A stretch of DNA of 64,000 bases from Escherichia phage ECCR664. Below, piece by piece: positions 1-9,121 of the stretch. The notes beneath the pieces were generated by a model. It had not been told where the DNA came from and did not search any database. It saw nothing but the letters and a program-made list of their open reading frames with translations. How positions within the stretch are numbered: the first letter of the stretch is position 1; each line of letters starts with the position of its first letter. Made by a program: the position numbers and the translations under genes. The DNA is taken from sequence record OL631257.1. One strand, written 5' to 3'.

Positions 1-335
1 ACGGGCAGAAGGATTAGCGATACGCCTTGCAATGGCATCACGTTTCTCAATAAGTTCTTCTAATGTTAAATCAGAACGAGCAGTGTTATATTTTTCTTAA
101 CTGGGATAACATTACCTTTAATGTAGCCGATATCGTTATTAAAACGTTCTAAGGATAATTTCTCACCTTCAACAGCGTTATTGAAAGATTCACCTGAGTA
201 AGCGCAGACCTTTTGATCAAGAATGTTTTTAAGGTAATTAAAGTCTAAGTTAAAATCCTTAGAGCGTCTCTTCGCAGAAGCTCTGGTGTGGTCAAGACGA
301 CGATTGATTTTGTTAATTTTATTATTTGATAACAT
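1..335 (-). CDS. hypothetical protein; 5' part at 335, frame appears to continue past window start after a shift near 66
   Basis: ORF 66..335 (89 aa); another frame stays open over 1..65 (DLTLEELIEKRDAIARRIANPSAR). Position matches the T4 srd/dda.1 region; no motif recognised. Confidence 0.3.
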
Positions 336-562
336 AATATTTTCCTCTGTCTTACGGACGTTAGGTCATTTAGCTGATAAGCTTATAATATCATGCCCTC
401 AGATAGTGTACACTCTTTTTCATAAAATGCTTTAATTTTTATGTGTTATAATGGTTCTGAGTTCCATCCGGTTATTCCAATCCAGTCAGTAACCGACAAT
501 AGACAGATTCCAGATTGTATAACGTCCATCTTGAATAATAGAATCTACACGCAGTGTAGTCC

Positions 563-1093
563 CTATAGGGAGCATAAATTCACATTCGTCAGATATAAGT
601 CTAGCATTAGACCGTCTTGTCGCTTCAGGAAAGCTCCATTGAACTCACAAGATGGCGCAGCCAGAATCATATTAAGCATATGTTCACGGAAGTTGAAAGC
701 GAATGGTGCATCTTTGACGCAGAACATATTAAATGTTCCGTAAAAATTATACGAAGCAAAGTTACGTGCTACACCGAACACTGGGCTGAAGCTCATTACT
801 CTATCAAATTTAATAATACTACCAACATCTTTATCATCGAGTGTGGCCATAGTTTTCTTAGAGATTCCACGATACATTGTCTCAGGAACAGAAGACGTCC
901 AATTTCTACGAACGATTGAACTTAACTCCTGTTGAATACAGTCTGGCTTGTTTTCCATACACTGCCACAGTACACTTTGTTCAATGTCGCTGAATTGACT
1001 ATCAATTTCGTACTGCAATACATCTTGATATTCGGGGTTTTGAGCACGGCGAACCATTTCCTCAATTTCACATTCATTATACGGCATAAACAT
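563..1093 (-). CDS. ADP-ribosyltransferase, ModA/ModB family
   Basis: 176 aa; YRG ... SFSPVFGVA motifs in the R-S-E arrangement of T4 ModA/ModB; tandem with a paralog; position downstream of soc/56 as in T4. Confidence 0.6.
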   Translation of the reverse strand: MFMPYNECEIEEMVRRAQNPEYQDVLQYEIDSQFSDIEQSVLWQCMENKPDCIQQELSSIVRRNWTSSVPETMYRGISKKTMATLDDKDVGSIIKFDRVMSFSPVFGVARNFASYNFYGTFNMFCVKDAPFAFNFREHMLNMILAAPSCEFNGAFLKRQDGLMLDLYLTNVNLCSL

Positions 1094-1150
1094 TTAGGTT
1101 TCTCCTGTGGTTGATAAAGGTATAGTATCATCGTCGGTAGAGTTTGTACA

Positions 1151-1732
1151 CTAAAAATTCAACATTTTTAAATGAATGATTTTGTATAATCGAGATAAAG
1201 GGTCATATTCTAAGTCTTCAATTTCCACAATCTCAAATCTAGAGATACCCGAGACCATGTACTCTTGTTCAGATTCAATCATATCTAAGACGTCAACACG
1301 TGTTTCTTCCATAACGTGCTTAGGGGTCTTTCCAGCGAGTACAATGTTAACCATGTTTTGGTAGTAATCAAAAATGAATGGAGCATTCCTGAGACTAAGA
1401 ATAGTGTACGTCTGATATTCCCATCTCCCAGAGAATTGACGAGCTGTACTGAAATCAGTTGTGAACGATGTTACTCGTCCAGGAGACCAATGGCATCCAA
1501 CAGAAAGAAGGGAAAGACGTTCTACTTCTTCTGGAGTTACACCACGGTAGAGTTCTACTGGTACTGTAGAAGTCATATGCTTACGAACAAGATGGTCTAA
1601 TTCATAGTGGAAATCCGGGTCTTCCTTAGAATCGGTGCAAGCCCAGAGAATGTTTTGTTCTTGGCGGGTGAATTTGCTATCAATCAGATTTGTTAGGTAT
1701 TCGCGTTCTTGAAGTTCAGATTGACATGTCAT
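1151..1732 (-). CDS. ADP-ribosyltransferase, ModA/ModB family
   Basis: 193 aa; LYRGV ... SFTTDFSTA ... EQEYMV (R / S-x-S / E-x-E pattern); paralog of 563..1093. Confidence 0.6.
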   Translation of the reverse strand: MTCQSELQEREYLTNLIDSKFTRQEQNILWACTDSKEDPDFHYELDHLVRKHMTSTVPVELYRGVTPEEVERLSLLSVGCHWSPGRVTSFTTDFSTARQFSGRWEYQTYTILSLRNAPFIFDYYQNMVNIVLAGKTPKHVMEETRVDVLDMIESEQEYMVSGISRFEIVEIEDLEYDPLSRLYKIIHLKMLNF

Positions 1733-1947
1733 GATAGACCTCCATTTAAAGATAAGCCTATCATAACACGAGAGGAGGGAATGTAAACTACTTTTTAAGC
1801 TTTCCTACTAAAGGTCCATCAGGACCAGGTTGTTCTAACATGAATAACGATGCTTTAAAAAGCAATGTCAACCCTTTCACCATTCGATACCATATCTCAA
1901 AGTCTTTTCCTTGATTTCTAGTAAGAATTTCTCTTTAAATTTCTCTT

Positions 1948-2136
1948 TCATTTCCAAGGACTCCATGGTGGTGGGTCGTCATAATAAGAGGCAAGGTCTT
2001 TCAGGGCTTCGACAGGTAAACTAAAGCCGTGTCGTTGTATAATACTATCTAGTTCATCAACAAGTTCACTACGATGCACTTTAGGAGCCTCAACTTCAGG
2101 CTCGTCAAACATACTCATAAGGTCCATATTATTCAC
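1948..2136 (-). CDS. hypothetical protein (acidic, 62 aa)
   Basis: ORF only; T4 mrh/srh neighbourhood by position. Confidence 0.3.
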   Translation of the reverse strand: MNNMDLMSMFDEPEVEAPKVHRSELVDELDSIIQRHGFSLPVEALKDLASYYDDPPPWSPWK

Positions 2137-2231
2137 CGAGATAAAAACTAGCCGGTTCAGAAAATGTTTCTAGTGCTACACCTTTTGTCTTAAAAATTTC
2201 CAAATAGCTCGTTGCAAATGGATTAAATCTG

Positions 2232-2591
2232 CTAATGATGTAATAAAGTATTTTTGGCAAAATACTTATGGTCCCGCTTTTCAAACAGGTCTAAACGCTT
2301 TTCAGGATTCACATAAACGGCATTTTCCGTAGATTCGTACCCTAAATCCTTTATGCCTTCTTCAAGACTAAACGGAGAATTTTTAGAACGAGTAATAGCT
2401 CCAACTCGCTCTACACGAATTTTGTAACCTTTAGGAATCTGCAATTTGCAGAATTCTTCTACGATATATTGCGGATTATTTAGACTTTTGTTAATGAGAA
2501 TAGCTATTTCTAGTGGAGTCTTATCTTCTACTGGTATATGTTTAAACGACTTGGCTTCAAGCAAATACATTTTAAATAACATAGCATCCAT
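2232..2591 (-). CDS. hypothetical protein (119 aa)
   Basis: ORF abutting the next gene; no motif recognised. Confidence 0.35.
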   Translation of the reverse strand: MDAMLFKMYLLEAKSFKHIPVEDKTPLEIAILINKSLNNPQYIVEEFCKLQIPKGYKIRVERVGAITRSKNSPFSLEEGIKDLGYESTENAVYVNPEKRLDLFEKRDHKYFAKNTLLHH

Positions 2592-2797
2592 TATAATTTC
2601 CTCAATGGTTCACCCATATAAAGTTTTACAATACGTTCGCCTTCAAGTTCGACGAGCTTTTCTTCATGTTTCTGGAATTCTTTAGCCATATTCTCTTCAA
2701 GAACATCCAGCCAATCTTCTGGACCGACACCATCGTCCCAGCTTTTAAACCATTTAACTATCTTGTTCATTCGCAGCTCCCTGAGCTTGAACCACAA
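2591..2797 (-). CDS. hypothetical protein (68 aa)
   Basis: ORF abutting 2232..2591. Confidence 0.3.
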   Translation of the reverse strand: MWFKLRELRMNKIVKWFKSWDDGVGPEDWLDVLEENMAKEFQKHEEKLVELEGERIVKLYMGEPLRKL

Positions 2798-2799
2798 TC

Positions 2800-3207
2800 A
2801 GAATAACTTGACCCGGAATCACCAGGCCAAGACGATACGTATGAATGATTATAACTTGAAGAGCTTGAAGCATTAACCTGTTTTGTTTTTGGACGAACAA
2901 CTTCTTCCATCATTCCATCACCAATGTATTCCCAACTTTTTCGTGTGTATCAGGAATAGGCATCATACCTTCGCCTGGTTTAACAGCAAATAACTTCTTC
3001 AGTATCGTAAGCATTAATTGTTCCTCGAACAAAACGAACGCCACCGTCATCCCAGCGGATTTCGGCATTAAATTTGACGTCTTCACCATCCATCATGAAT
3101 GAGTGTACGACTACATCATCATAATATCCAAGACCGTATTTCAACGAAACTTCTTGAGCAATCAAAGCACCTAATGTGTTATTAGGTTTAATCCAACGAT
3201 TTAACAT
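2800..3207 (-). CDS. hypothetical protein with Ser-rich C-terminal tail, apparent frameshifts
   Basis: ORF 2980..3207 continues in two other frames over 2800..2979, ending in an SSSSSYNHSYVSSWPGDSGSSYSDCGSSSGSCE tail. Confidence 0.3.
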
Positions 3208-3270
3208 ATTGTTCTCCTCTTGAGTAAGTAAGAATATCTTAACACAGTTTTTAGTGGATGTAAACTATAG

Positions 3271-3298
3271 AAACGAAAAAGGAATCCCGAAGGATTCC
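3271..3298 (-). terminator. rho-independent terminator downstream of soc
   Basis: Hairpin GGAATCC-CGAA-GGATTCC at 3281..3298 (UUCG loop on the minus strand) followed on the minus strand by UUUUUCGUUU. Confidence 0.6.
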
Positions 3299-3307
3299 TT
3301 AAATTAT

Positions 3308-3544
3308 TTAACCACTTACTGGTGTAGGGGTAAACATTGCAGCGTTCTTAGTACGCCAATCTGCTGCGTCAGTCACCACAGTAGTGTAAGCAGCTTTTTC
3401 AGACGGGAAAGTCTGATAATGAGAATCTGCAATCCGATGTTCGTTTGAATAAATCTCAAACGGTACAGAAACTTCCATACCTTTAACTTCTTTGCCTTCA
3501 CCAGCAGGATGCGTAAAGGTTTTGATGTTTACATAACCACCCAT
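3308..3544 (-). CDS. soc: small outer capsid protein Soc
   Basis: 78 aa; GYVNIKTF ... HYQTFPSEKAAY matches T4 Soc as recalled; late promoter just upstream. Confidence 0.8.
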   Translation of the reverse strand: MGGYVNIKTFTHPAGEGKEVKGMEVSVPFEIYSNEHRIADSHYQTFPSEKAAYTTVVTDAADWRTKNAAMFTPTPVSG

Positions 3545-3575
3545 AATTAACTCCTTTGTTGTTTAATTACAGGTG

Positions 3576-3583
3576 TATTTATA
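3576..3583 (-). promoter_or_regulatory. T4-type late promoter (TATAAATA) for soc
   Basis: Plus-strand tatttata = minus TATAAATA, about 30 nt upstream of the soc start. Confidence 0.6.
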
Positions 3584-3589
3584 ACTTAA

Positions 3590-4111
3590 TTAGTAACCAT
3601 TATCCTGACGTTCAAAGTTGTGTTGATTTTTCAAGTAGTAAAGTTTAAAGATTTCTTCTGCTGTAAGACCAAGACCTTGGAACATGTTCAGAACGAAATG
3701 CAGAATATCAATCATTTCAAACTTAATTTCAAGCTGGTCTTCAGGAGACAGTTCATCGATACGACGATTTCGATATTCAGCATGTTGTGCTTTCCATGGC
3801 TTCCATACACTGCTGGCGGCTTTTTCACCATTGCTCATACCACCAAGTGAAGTCAGCAGTTCACGGAATTCATCATCAATATAATCTTTCTGATTACGCA
3901 GCCAATCAACAACATCACCAGCAGTAGCCAATTCATCAGGATGTTTGTTATGTTCAGGCTTGTCATTTGCCAGACGAACCTGTAAAGATTTCTGCATATC
4001 AAGCATTACCTGAAGTGGGTCTTTATCTTCGTGAATCAGAGCATTAAAATAAGCTTCTTCTGCTTTATCAACACCAGAAATAAGTTGTGAACATTCGTTA
4101 AAGTGTGCCAT
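3590..4111 (-). CDS. 56: dCTPase/dUTPase (MazG-like), gene 56
   Basis: MAHFNEC ... DPLQVMLDMQ ... ETAGDVV ... CIDDEFRELLTSLG ... MSPEDQLEIKFE ... EEIFKLYYLKN ... RQD.GY matches T4 gp56 as recalled; start taken at the internal ATG with RBS. Confidence 0.85.
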   Translation of the reverse strand: MAHFNECSQLISGVDKAEEAYFNALIHEDKDPLQVMLDMQKSLQVRLANDKPEHNKHPDELATAGDVVDWLRNQKDYIDDEFRELLTSLGGMSNGEKAASSVWKPWKAQHAEYRNRRIDELSPEDQLEIKFEMIDILHFVLNMFQGLGLTAEEIFKLYYLKNQHNFERQDNGY

Positions 4112-4392
4112 TATTTTTCCTTTCAATTCAGTATAAGAGAGTTAATTCTAACATTAATTTTATAAAGCGTAATAAATAATAGGTAACTAAGGAGATATTA
4201 TGTTTAAACTTACATCGTTAATCAACGCTATTAAAGGCAATAAAAGAAAACTGCTATCGCCGCAATAGTTGTAGGTGGCATTATTTCATGGAACTTCGGG
4301 ATTGCACCATTGTTAGTTGCCCATGGTATTATAGTTCCTTCTGTTCCATTGGATACTGTAGTTGATTTGGCCTTTGCTATTATAGGACTTGT

Positions 4393-5415
4393 TTAAATCT
4401 TCGAATAACGAGATAATCTCATTTTAGCATGCAACCCACTTGAAATATTCTGTTTCATATATTCTAAAATTTCTTGTGGTGTTGCATTTTCTTTCATTAC
4501 CATATCATTCACATCCTTTGATCTCCATGGAGCTCGGTCCCAGAACATAACACGTTCGCCTGCATCAACTAATCGCTTCATGCGAGCTATAGTATCCGGA
4601 TGCCTAGGTTCATTATCCATTACCCATACCCGACGTTCTTTAAATGGTACCACATCTAAATCTATTGAGCCGCCTGTGATAGCGATTGCATTGGGTATGA
4701 ATAAACTATCAATAGGGCCTTCCATTACCCAGACGTCTCCTTCCTTAACACGTTCAACACCATAAATTTTTGTTGCAGACTCAAAAGCTTTAATAGTGAT
4801 ATATTTTTGAGGAGCATCTTTGCGAAGTGCACGTCCTTGGAATGACTCGGCCTTCCCGTCTTTATTAAAAATAGGAATCACTAAACGCGGTTCGGGAATC
4901 TCTTTCTTATACGTACCAGGTTGAATCTTGTTGACCAATTTGGGCCATTCTAATGTGAACCATAATCTATTCCACGATTCTTTAGGAATACACCGAGACT
5001 TAACATATTTCACAATAGGATGCTCTTCAGGCAGCTTGTCCAGACGAGAACAAGACGGCAAAGAATTTATAGTCTTTTTCTCCGGTTCTGGTTTATGTTC
5101 AGGAACCTTTTCAATCTTTGGTTCCATTCTAGCTTTTTCTTTACGAACTTCCATTAGATACTCGCGATAAAGCTCTTCATCATACTCTTTTAAGTATCCG
5201 GAAATTGTATTGTGGTATTGACAGTTATAGCAATGTACATTACCAGGAGTACCGCCATAATACCATCCGCGAGCTTTCATTGCATCTGTCTGAGAGTCGC
5301 CACAAACTGGACAACGAAACGTTAATTTAAATGTGCTTGAATTATTGATTTGTCTAAAACGAGGTAGGTGAGAAAACGCACGATAAGCAAATTCATTATC
5401 TATCCATTCAGCCAT
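4393..5415 (-). CDS. 61: DNA primase, gene 61
   Basis: 340 aa; zinc-ribbon CPVCGDS ... CYNC; N-terminus MAEWIDNEFAYRAF as in T4 gp61; adjacent to 56 and 41. Confidence 0.9.
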   Translation of the reverse strand: MAEWIDNEFAYRAFSHLPRFRQINNSSTFKLTFRCPVCGDSQTDAMKARGWYYGGTPGNVHCYNCQYHNTISGYLKEYDEELYREYLMEVRKEKARMEPKIEKVPEHKPEPEKKTINSLPSCSRLDKLPEEHPIVKYVKSRCIPKESWNRLWFTLEWPKLVNKIQPGTYKKEIPEPRLVIPIFNKDGKAESFQGRALRKDAPQKYITIKAFESATKIYGVERVKEGDVWVMEGPIDSLFIPNAIAITGGSIDLDVVPFKERRVWVMDNEPRHPDTIARMKRLVDAGERVMFWDRAPWRSKDVNDMVMKENATPQEILEYMKQNISSGLHAKMRLSRYSKI

Positions 5416-5454
5416 AGTATTCTCCAGAGGCCTTAAATTAATAAGGCCATCATA

Positions 5455-5949
5455 TCACAACTTATTGATATTTACTTTAATTCGCTTTCTTTTCTTGGAA
5501 GGAATTTGTTCTGGACCTTTATTTACGACTGCACCTGTAGTTGTTCCTGATGCAATAGCTTGAGGGCTGCCACCTGAATCACCAGCAACCATATCCTCAA
5601 ATAAAGGGAGTTCTTTAAATATTTCTTTCTGTTGTTCTTCAGTAATGTTATAGCGTGAAGCTACAGCGCTCCAAGCAGACATCATTGAGGCCATTCCATT
5701 AAGACCCGGAACAGTGCTCATCATTCGCTTCATTGAACGAACTGAAGCATGAAAAGGTGTATAAGCCGCTTTCTCTTCAGGAGTGGAAGGACGTTTAAGA
5801 ACACTTCCACGTTCGTCGATTATTTTGGCTTCGTACGCTTTCCATTCTGTAAAAGGTTTTTGCATTAGTCGAATAAACTTATATGCGTAAACAGAATCTA
5901 TTGCAGTGTTAATAATACCCATAGGTACCTCCTGAGTATATTTAATCAA
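5455..5949 (-). CDS. hypothetical protein (61.1 position)
   Basis: 164 aa ORF; basic C-terminus KKRKRIKV. Confidence 0.35.
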   Translation of the reverse strand: MIKYTQEVPMGIINTAIDSVYAYKFIRLMQKPFTEWKAYEAKIIDERGSVLKRPSTPEEKAAYTPFHASVRSMKRMMSTVPGLNGMASMMSAWSAVASRYNITEEQQKEIFKELPLFEDMVAGDSGGSPQAIASGTTTGAVVNKGPEQIPSKKRKRIKVNINKL

Positions 5950-6139
5950 TCACAAAGATCGCTTTATCACCGTTCGCATCTGTGACTTCATATGTAGTGT
6001 CTTCATAGTGTGGAATATTCCAAATTACACCATCATTAGCTTTTACGCTAATATGGCATTGGTGTTTTGAAACAACTTCATAATCTTCAAAACTTGTAAA
6101 AACACTAATTTTAGAACCAGTGCAAATTGCAGTAGTCAT
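5942..6139 (-). CDS. hypothetical protein (65 aa)
   Basis: ORF only. Confidence 0.25.
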   Translation of the reverse strand: MTTAICTGSKISVFTSFEDYEVVSKHQCHISVKANDGVIWNIPHYEDTTYEVTDANGDKAIFVID

Positions 6140-6247
6140 TTTAACCTCGATTCATAAATGCATTAAATATTTGGTCATCAACAGAAATTTCTAATTCGAC
6201 TTCAATTGCTTCAGCCTTTTCTTCAGGTGGTAATTCGTATCCACACA

Positions 6248-6799
6248 CTACAATTTTTCATCGATATCAAAATATACAGAAGCAATACGATTAATGTTAC
6301 TTTCAGTTAAGTCTAAATCAACATCAACATCTTTTTGACCTACACTTAAAGGATAACTAATACGGGTTATTTTATTATCTTTAACAAAGAGTCCACCAAC
6401 ATACTCTGTACTACGTTTGAAGTTTACACGTTTCCGAATTGAAAGATATGATACATCTTTACCGTGAGCTCGGCTCATAGGACATAATGAATAACTAGAA
6501 TAAGAGATATCAAATCCTACGCCTTCAACATGTGCCAGAGTATCATGAGTAAACCAATTATAGTCGTATGCCAAATCCATTATATTGTAATATGTGAAAG
6601 GCACAGGATTAACATCATATGTTGTACCTTTAAAATCTGCCCAGGCAACGATTTCGTTATCTTTAACAATTACAAAAATTACACCAATATGGTATCCATT
6701 ATTATTTTCATTCGGCGTTATATTATAACATTGTGCATTAGGAAATTTACCATATTTAAACGGCGCGTTTTTGTGCATATAATAAATCATATTATTCAC
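6248..6799 (-). CDS. hypothetical protein (61.2 position)
   Basis: 183 aa ORF overlapping the sp start. Confidence 0.35.
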   Translation of the reverse strand: MNNMIYYMHKNAPFKYGKFPNAQCYNITPNENNNGYHIGVIFVIVKDNEIVAWADFKGTTYDVNPVPFTYYNIMDLAYDYNWFTHDTLAHVEGVGFDISYSSYSLCPMSRAHGKDVSYLSIRKRVNFKRSTEYVGGLFVKDNKITRISYPLSVGQKDVDVDLDLTESNINRIASVYFDIDEKL

Positions 6800-7085
6800 C
6801 TGTGATTTCGGTTACGATATCTTTGTTATCGAAATTAGGGTCACAATACAAAACATAGTTGTACTGCATGATACCGCCAGACTTAAGTTGTTCAACAACT
6901 TTATTAACCATATTAGGACGGTCTCGTTTAGTAATGTTCATGATATCAGCGAAGATTTGATGTTCAACATCTTCTTGATTTGCAGTCATTGACCACTCAC
7001 AGAGGTCTTTATCATAACCTGCCGTAACTGGAGCTGGTGCACACGATACTGCAAGTAAGATTGCTGCCAATGATAACTTTTTCAT
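6792..7085 (-). CDS. sp: spackle periplasmic protein (Sp)
   Basis: 97 aa; signal peptide MKKLSLAAILLAVSCA; GYDKDLCEWSMTA ... DIMNI.KRDRP ... LKSGG.MQYNYVLYCD matches T4 Sp as recalled. Confidence 0.7.
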   Translation of the reverse strand: MKKLSLAAILLAVSCAPAPVTAGYDKDLCEWSMTANQEDVEHQIFADIMNITKRDRPNMVNKVVEQLKSGGIMQYNYVLYCDPNFDNKDIVTEITGE

Positions 7086-7111
7086 TTTAACTCCTTAGTT
7101 GATTTGATAGG

Positions 7112-7144
7112 ACTACTATACTATAGTCCATCTATAATGTAAAC
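7112..7144 (-). promoter_or_regulatory. T4 early-type promoter upstream of sp
   Basis: Minus strand GTTTAC - 18 nt - TATAGT, then AAGGAG and ATG. Confidence 0.5.
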
Positions 7145-7148
7145 AAGT

Positions 7149-7396
7149 TTATTCTTTTTCGCGAATAATAATTACTTGTTGAGGCTGCTGAGCAGATTTC
7201 TTTTCGGCAACGATAGACCAAATTAAAGTTCCAATCCAACCAATCATCGTCCAGTTAAAGAGTAAAGATACAAAGAAGATTGCTGTTGTGCTTTTGTGCC
7301 ACGAATAAGTGCGATTACCCAAGGCAACATGTAAATGATGATTGAACCAATACCTGCGATTAAAACTGCTACTGAACTAGCTACGAATAATTCCAT
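7149..7396 (-). CDS. superinfection-immunity-family membrane protein (Imm-like), apparent frameshift
   Basis: Not in the ORF track. Translates to ...YMLPWVIALIRG / ...LLFNWTMIGWIGTLIWSI, resembling the Imm_superinfect motif (LP..IA..RGH ... GWTGIGWI.AL.WA); frame switch in the middle. Confidence 0.5.
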
Positions 7397-7457
7397 GTTA
7401 ATTTCCTCTTGATTTGTTATGTTTATAATATCTTGTTTTAACTTTGGCGTAAACCAA

Positions 7458-7826
7458 TTAATTAAATTTGTTTAAACGTTCAACACACTGGACGTAGTTA
7501 TTCGCGATTTGTTTCTGGGTAGGCTCTTTACCAGTTGTTTCAACATAGCGAATGAATGCGATTTCAGTAGCCTGTAAGCAATGTTCTTTAACGCGTTGTT
7601 CTTTTGACAATGCTACAGTATCAGAGTCACGATAACGTTGAGCATGGGCATCAGCTTGAATCATTCGATTACCTACAGTAACCGGGTCTTCTACTTCAAC
7701 TTTAGGTTGGTTGTACTGTTTAACATTCGGGTTATAAATCAATTGACCAACATTATTAGGGATAAAGCCGTGAGCACCACATCCAGTTAATCCGAATACC
7801 ATTGCTAGAGCGATTAATTTTTTCAT
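7458..7826 (-). CDS. putative lipoprotein
   Basis: 122 aa; MKKLIALAMVFGLTGCG lipobox. Confidence 0.5.
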   Translation of the reverse strand: MKKLIALAMVFGLTGCGAHGFIPNNVGQLIYNPNVKQYNQPKVEVEDPVTVGNRMIQADAHAQRYRDSDTVALSKEQRVKEHCLQATEIAFIRYVETTGKEPTQKQIANNYVQCVERLNKFN

Positions 7827-7854
7827 TTCAATTTCCTCTGTAGTTGATAAAAAG

Positions 7855-7884
7855 ATAGTAACACAGTATGTGGTGCTTGTAAAC
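7855..7884 (-). promoter_or_regulatory. T4 early-type promoter upstream of the lipoprotein gene
   Basis: Minus strand GTTTAC - 17/18 nt - TACTAT. Confidence 0.45.
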
Positions 7885-7886
7885 AG

Positions 7887-8138
7887 CTATTTTAAACTTT
7901 TGCGAAATTTGCGTTTTTCTTGACGAATCTGACGTTTAGTCGGACGTACAGCAAATTTAACGAAGTCCACTTTGCCGTGAGGAAACTTTTCAGATGCTTC
8001 ACAGTCCATCATTAGTTCCCATCCTTCCAGAATAAGAGCTTTCCATTGTGTAGTTGATGCAAATTCGTATGTTGATGGTTTAAACACAGTTGAGTACATA
8101 TTATCCTCTGAAATCAGCTTCAAAAACTTTCTCGTCAT
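7887..8138 (-). CDS. small protein with basic C-terminal VRPTKRQ tail (family member 1)
   Basis: 83 aa; C-terminus FAVRPTKRQIRQEKRKFRKSLK shared with two small ORFs near 35.9-36.6 kb. Confidence 0.35.
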   Translation of the reverse strand: MTRKFLKLISEDNMYSTVFKPSTYEFASTTQWKALILEGWELMMDCEASEKFPHGKVDFVKFAVRPTKRQIRQEKRKFRKSLK

Positions 8139-8292
8139 TAATAAATGCTTTAACTAATGCATTGTTCACTTCAGCAAGTTGTACCGCAACCCACTCGATT
8201 TCTTCACGATCACCTGATAACATGATATCTTTAGTGAACATCTCGCCGCTTTTAAACCAGCCAATAAAAGTAACTTTAGTTAATTTGCCCAT
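8101..8292 (-). CDS. dmd: Dmd (discriminator of mRNA degradation; antitoxin against RnlA/LsoA)
   Basis: FIGWFK ... MFTKDI ... EVNNALVKAFI.D.KV matches T4 Dmd (60 aa) as recalled; start taken at the internal Met. Confidence 0.8.
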   Translation of the reverse strand: MGKLTKVTFIGWFKSGEMFTKDIMLSGDREEIEWVAVQLAEVNNALVKAFINDEKVFEADFRG

Positions 8293-8605
8293 ATTTCCTC
8301 GCAAAATGCCCATTCAGCGTGATAAACTGTAGCACCTTTAGTATCATTCATTTGAACTACGTCTACCGGAGAAATTACTCGATAGAGACGTGGTTCACCT
8401 CCATAAGAGCGTGCTGCTCGTCCTGCATAAATCTTTGCTAAACCGATATCTTCAGTAAAGAATACACGATTCAAGTTTTTCTTACGTCCAATTTCAGACA
8501 GAACTCCTGTTTCTTCAGGAGGACAAAGCATATTTTCGATGTTAGCTGAACTACTTGAACCATGATAAAAATCTTAAATTCTGCTTTACAATCGATGGTT
8601 TTCAT
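8280..8605 (-). CDS. small Tpt1/KptA-like (ADP-ribosyltransferase-fold) protein, apparent frameshift
   Basis: ATG at 8605 (MKTIDCKAEFK) shifts into ...DFYHGSSSSANIEN ... RVFFTEDIGLAKIYAGRAARSYG ... PRLYRV, resembling the KptA C-terminal block (LYHGT ... HLSADEATARKVGARHG ... PVILTV). Not in T4 between dmd and 41 as I recall. Confidence 0.35.
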
Positions 8606-8631
8606 TTTGTTCTCCAGTAGTTGATAGGTCT

Positions 8632-8660
8632 ATAATAACACAACTACTGGAGAAGTAAAC
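8632..8660 (-). promoter_or_regulatory. T4 early-type promoter
   Basis: Minus strand GTTTAC - 17 nt - TATTAT, then the ATG at 8605. Confidence 0.45.
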
Positions 8661-9068
8661 TTAAAAATGTAATTTAGATATATCTGCGTTGATTTCGTTT
8701 TGGTTTGCGTCGTATGCAATTAAACGAACCGCTTTAGATGGGTCATTCAATGCATAGAAATGATGGAACATTGCTCGAACGATATCGCCATTTACAAGTT
8801 CTACCTGGATAGGAGAACCTTTTTCGAGTTGGAAATGTTCATAAGCTTTGATGGTTCGCAGATAATCAAGTTTTTGATTTCCGGCTCCAACAATTTGTAC
8901 GATACGTTTGCCCATGTTTTCCATACGAGATACAATAGTTTTAGGAGCAAGAATAACGTAGGTTGCCAGCGGAGAAACTACTTCAACAGTTGTGTTTTCG
9001 GTGATTGCAGTAAAATTGCTTGAGACATATTCATAATGTTTTCCTCTTGGTTGGTGTAAGTACATCAT
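8661..9068 (-). CDS. hypothetical protein (135 aa)
   Basis: ORF between dmd and gene 41; beta-rich; vague Sm/Hfq-like look (VELVNGDIVRAMF); start uncertain. Confidence 0.3.
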   Translation of the reverse strand: MMYLHQPRGKHYEYVSSNFTAITENTTVEVVSPLATYVILAPKTIVSRMENMGKRIVQIVGAGNQKLDYLRTIKAYEHFQLEKGSPIQVELVNGDIVRAMFHHFYALNDPSKAVRLIAYDANQNEINADISKLHF

Positions 9069-9087
9069 ATCATGCCTAGAGGAAGAT

Positions 9088-9116
9088 GTAAACCCCGAAA
9101 GGAGACCGAAGTCTCC
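9088..9116. terminator. stem-loop terminator candidate downstream of gene 41 (possibly bidirectional)
   Basis: Hairpin GGAGAC-CGAA-GTCTCC at 9101..9116; T-run on the plus side (TTTTATTAAAATTTT) and UUUCGGGGUUU on the minus side. Confidence 0.4.
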
Positions 9117-9121
9117 TTTTA

